A stretch of 64,000 bases of DNA from Octopus sinensis. Lineage: Eukaryota. Numbering within the stretch: the first letter of the stretch is position 1; every line of letters starts with the position of its first letter. The notes beneath the pieces are model-generated. The model made no database searches and was not told where the DNA came from. It saw only the letters and a list, made by a program, of their open reading frames with translations. The DNA is taken from positions 42,160,001-42,224,000 of the forward strand of contig NC_043015.1 in the NCBI RefSeq assembly GCF_006345805.1. Direction: 5' to 3'. Positions 63,501 through 64,000 of this stretch are shown piece by piece. Made by a program: the position numbers and the translations under genes.

Positions 63501-63896
63501 TCAGTTATCGATTGCCTCAATAACTGAAGAGATGCCAGAGCAGGTTTCTGCCCCAACATCCGAAACTCGGAGTCTTACTATGACAACCGAATAATTGTCA
63601 CATATTATATTACATATATATATATGTATATATATATATAAATCCTCTTCATCATTTAAGAAGGGAGAAGGAGAATTTATTTGCAAATTTATTACATTTT
63701 TAATTAGTGATAATAACGGTGTTAATTATATTAACAATAAATGAACTTACTTTGTCATTTCCGGATAAAACTGTTGGTCCCAACCACTATAGAGTGAAAA
63801 TGTCACGTAGAGTCGTTTACCATCAAGACTCAACTGCAACATCTGTGGAGAACCATACACTCTCTTGTTGTTGATGTACAAAGGATCTGGTTGTGT
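59127..63896 (-). CDS. SELENBP1: Methanethiol oxidase / selenium-binding protein 1, last two exons; join(63751..63896,59127..59328)
   Basis: [49 protein letters not shown] spliced (aa|gtaagt ... tgtag|g) to [66 protein letters not shown]. Matches the SELENBP1 C-terminal motifs [14 protein letters not shown], WDxQFYP and HExxYPGGDC. Confidence 0.95.
59425..60255 (+). mobile_element. RTE 3'UTR copy with internally expanded minisatellite
   Basis: About 11 repeats of gcacgtaaaaagcacc, then the standard 3' module and gatgat tail. Confidence 0.8.
60548..61340. repeat. GGT/GTT/GAT trinucleotide-rich tract
   Basis: About 800 bp of mixed triplet repeats in the SELENBP1 intron. Confidence 0.9.
63303..63470 (+). 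mobile_element. SINE family A, 5' half
   Basis: Head and body up to the (TA) tract, followed by the hammerhead palindrome. Confidence 0.78.
63521..63577 (+). ncRNA. Minimal type I hammerhead ribozyme motif (Penelope-like)
   Basis: taa-CTGAAGA-gatg..catc(c)-GAAA-ctc-g-gag-TC-tta: full core, GUC site, 4-bp stem III with 1-nt loop, 3-bp stem I. Confidence 0.55.
63751..63896 (-). CDS. SELENBP1: SELENBP1 penultimate exon
   Basis: 146 nt, cag acceptor, gtaagt donor; not in the ORF track. Confidence 0.94.
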
Positions 63897-64000
63897 CTGG
63901 CAGAGGATGGGAATAGAAAAGAGGGAAAAATATAATTGAAATTGCTGTTGCTACTGTTTGTTTGTTTGTTGAGCGAAGCGGTCTTCGTCCCAGTGCTCGC

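Noticed and set aside
59127-63896. Selenocysteine or SECIS in SELENBP1
   Set aside because: No in-frame TGA in the visible exons; the family binds selenium but is not a Sec selenoprotein.

Overview
Eukaryotic, AT-rich, microsatellite- and SINE-dense DNA; repeat content and gene structure suggest a coleoid cephalopod (Octopus-like, by inference). Three spliced genes can be rebuilt from GT-AG junctions and reading phase. (1) CDK8 on the minus strand: 7 coding exons from ATG 18762 down to 2341, continuing off the left edge. (2) MCCC1 (3-methylcrotonyl-CoA carboxylase alpha) on the plus strand, head-to-head with CDK8: 15 confident coding exons 25204-54596, extreme 5' end unresolved. (3) The last two coding exons of SELENBP1/methanethiol oxidase on the minus strand (63896-59127), tail-to-tail with MCCC1. 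Introns hold tRNA-derived SINEs, RTE/CR1 LINE tails, mariner and piggyBac-like remnants, two non-autonomous Helitrons and an 8.4-kb array of a 50-bp hairpin-forming satellite. The least expected signal is a set of small, mostly (TA)n-embedded and palindromic elements carrying minimal type I hammerhead-ribozyme cores, best at 63521-63577 and 58025-58070, plus a tRNA-headed SINE with a hammerhead-like tail at 27062-27310. SELENBP1 also has a C-terminal extension ending in a PTS1-like HKL. Nearly all ORFs in the supplied track are repeat artefacts or exon read-throughs.
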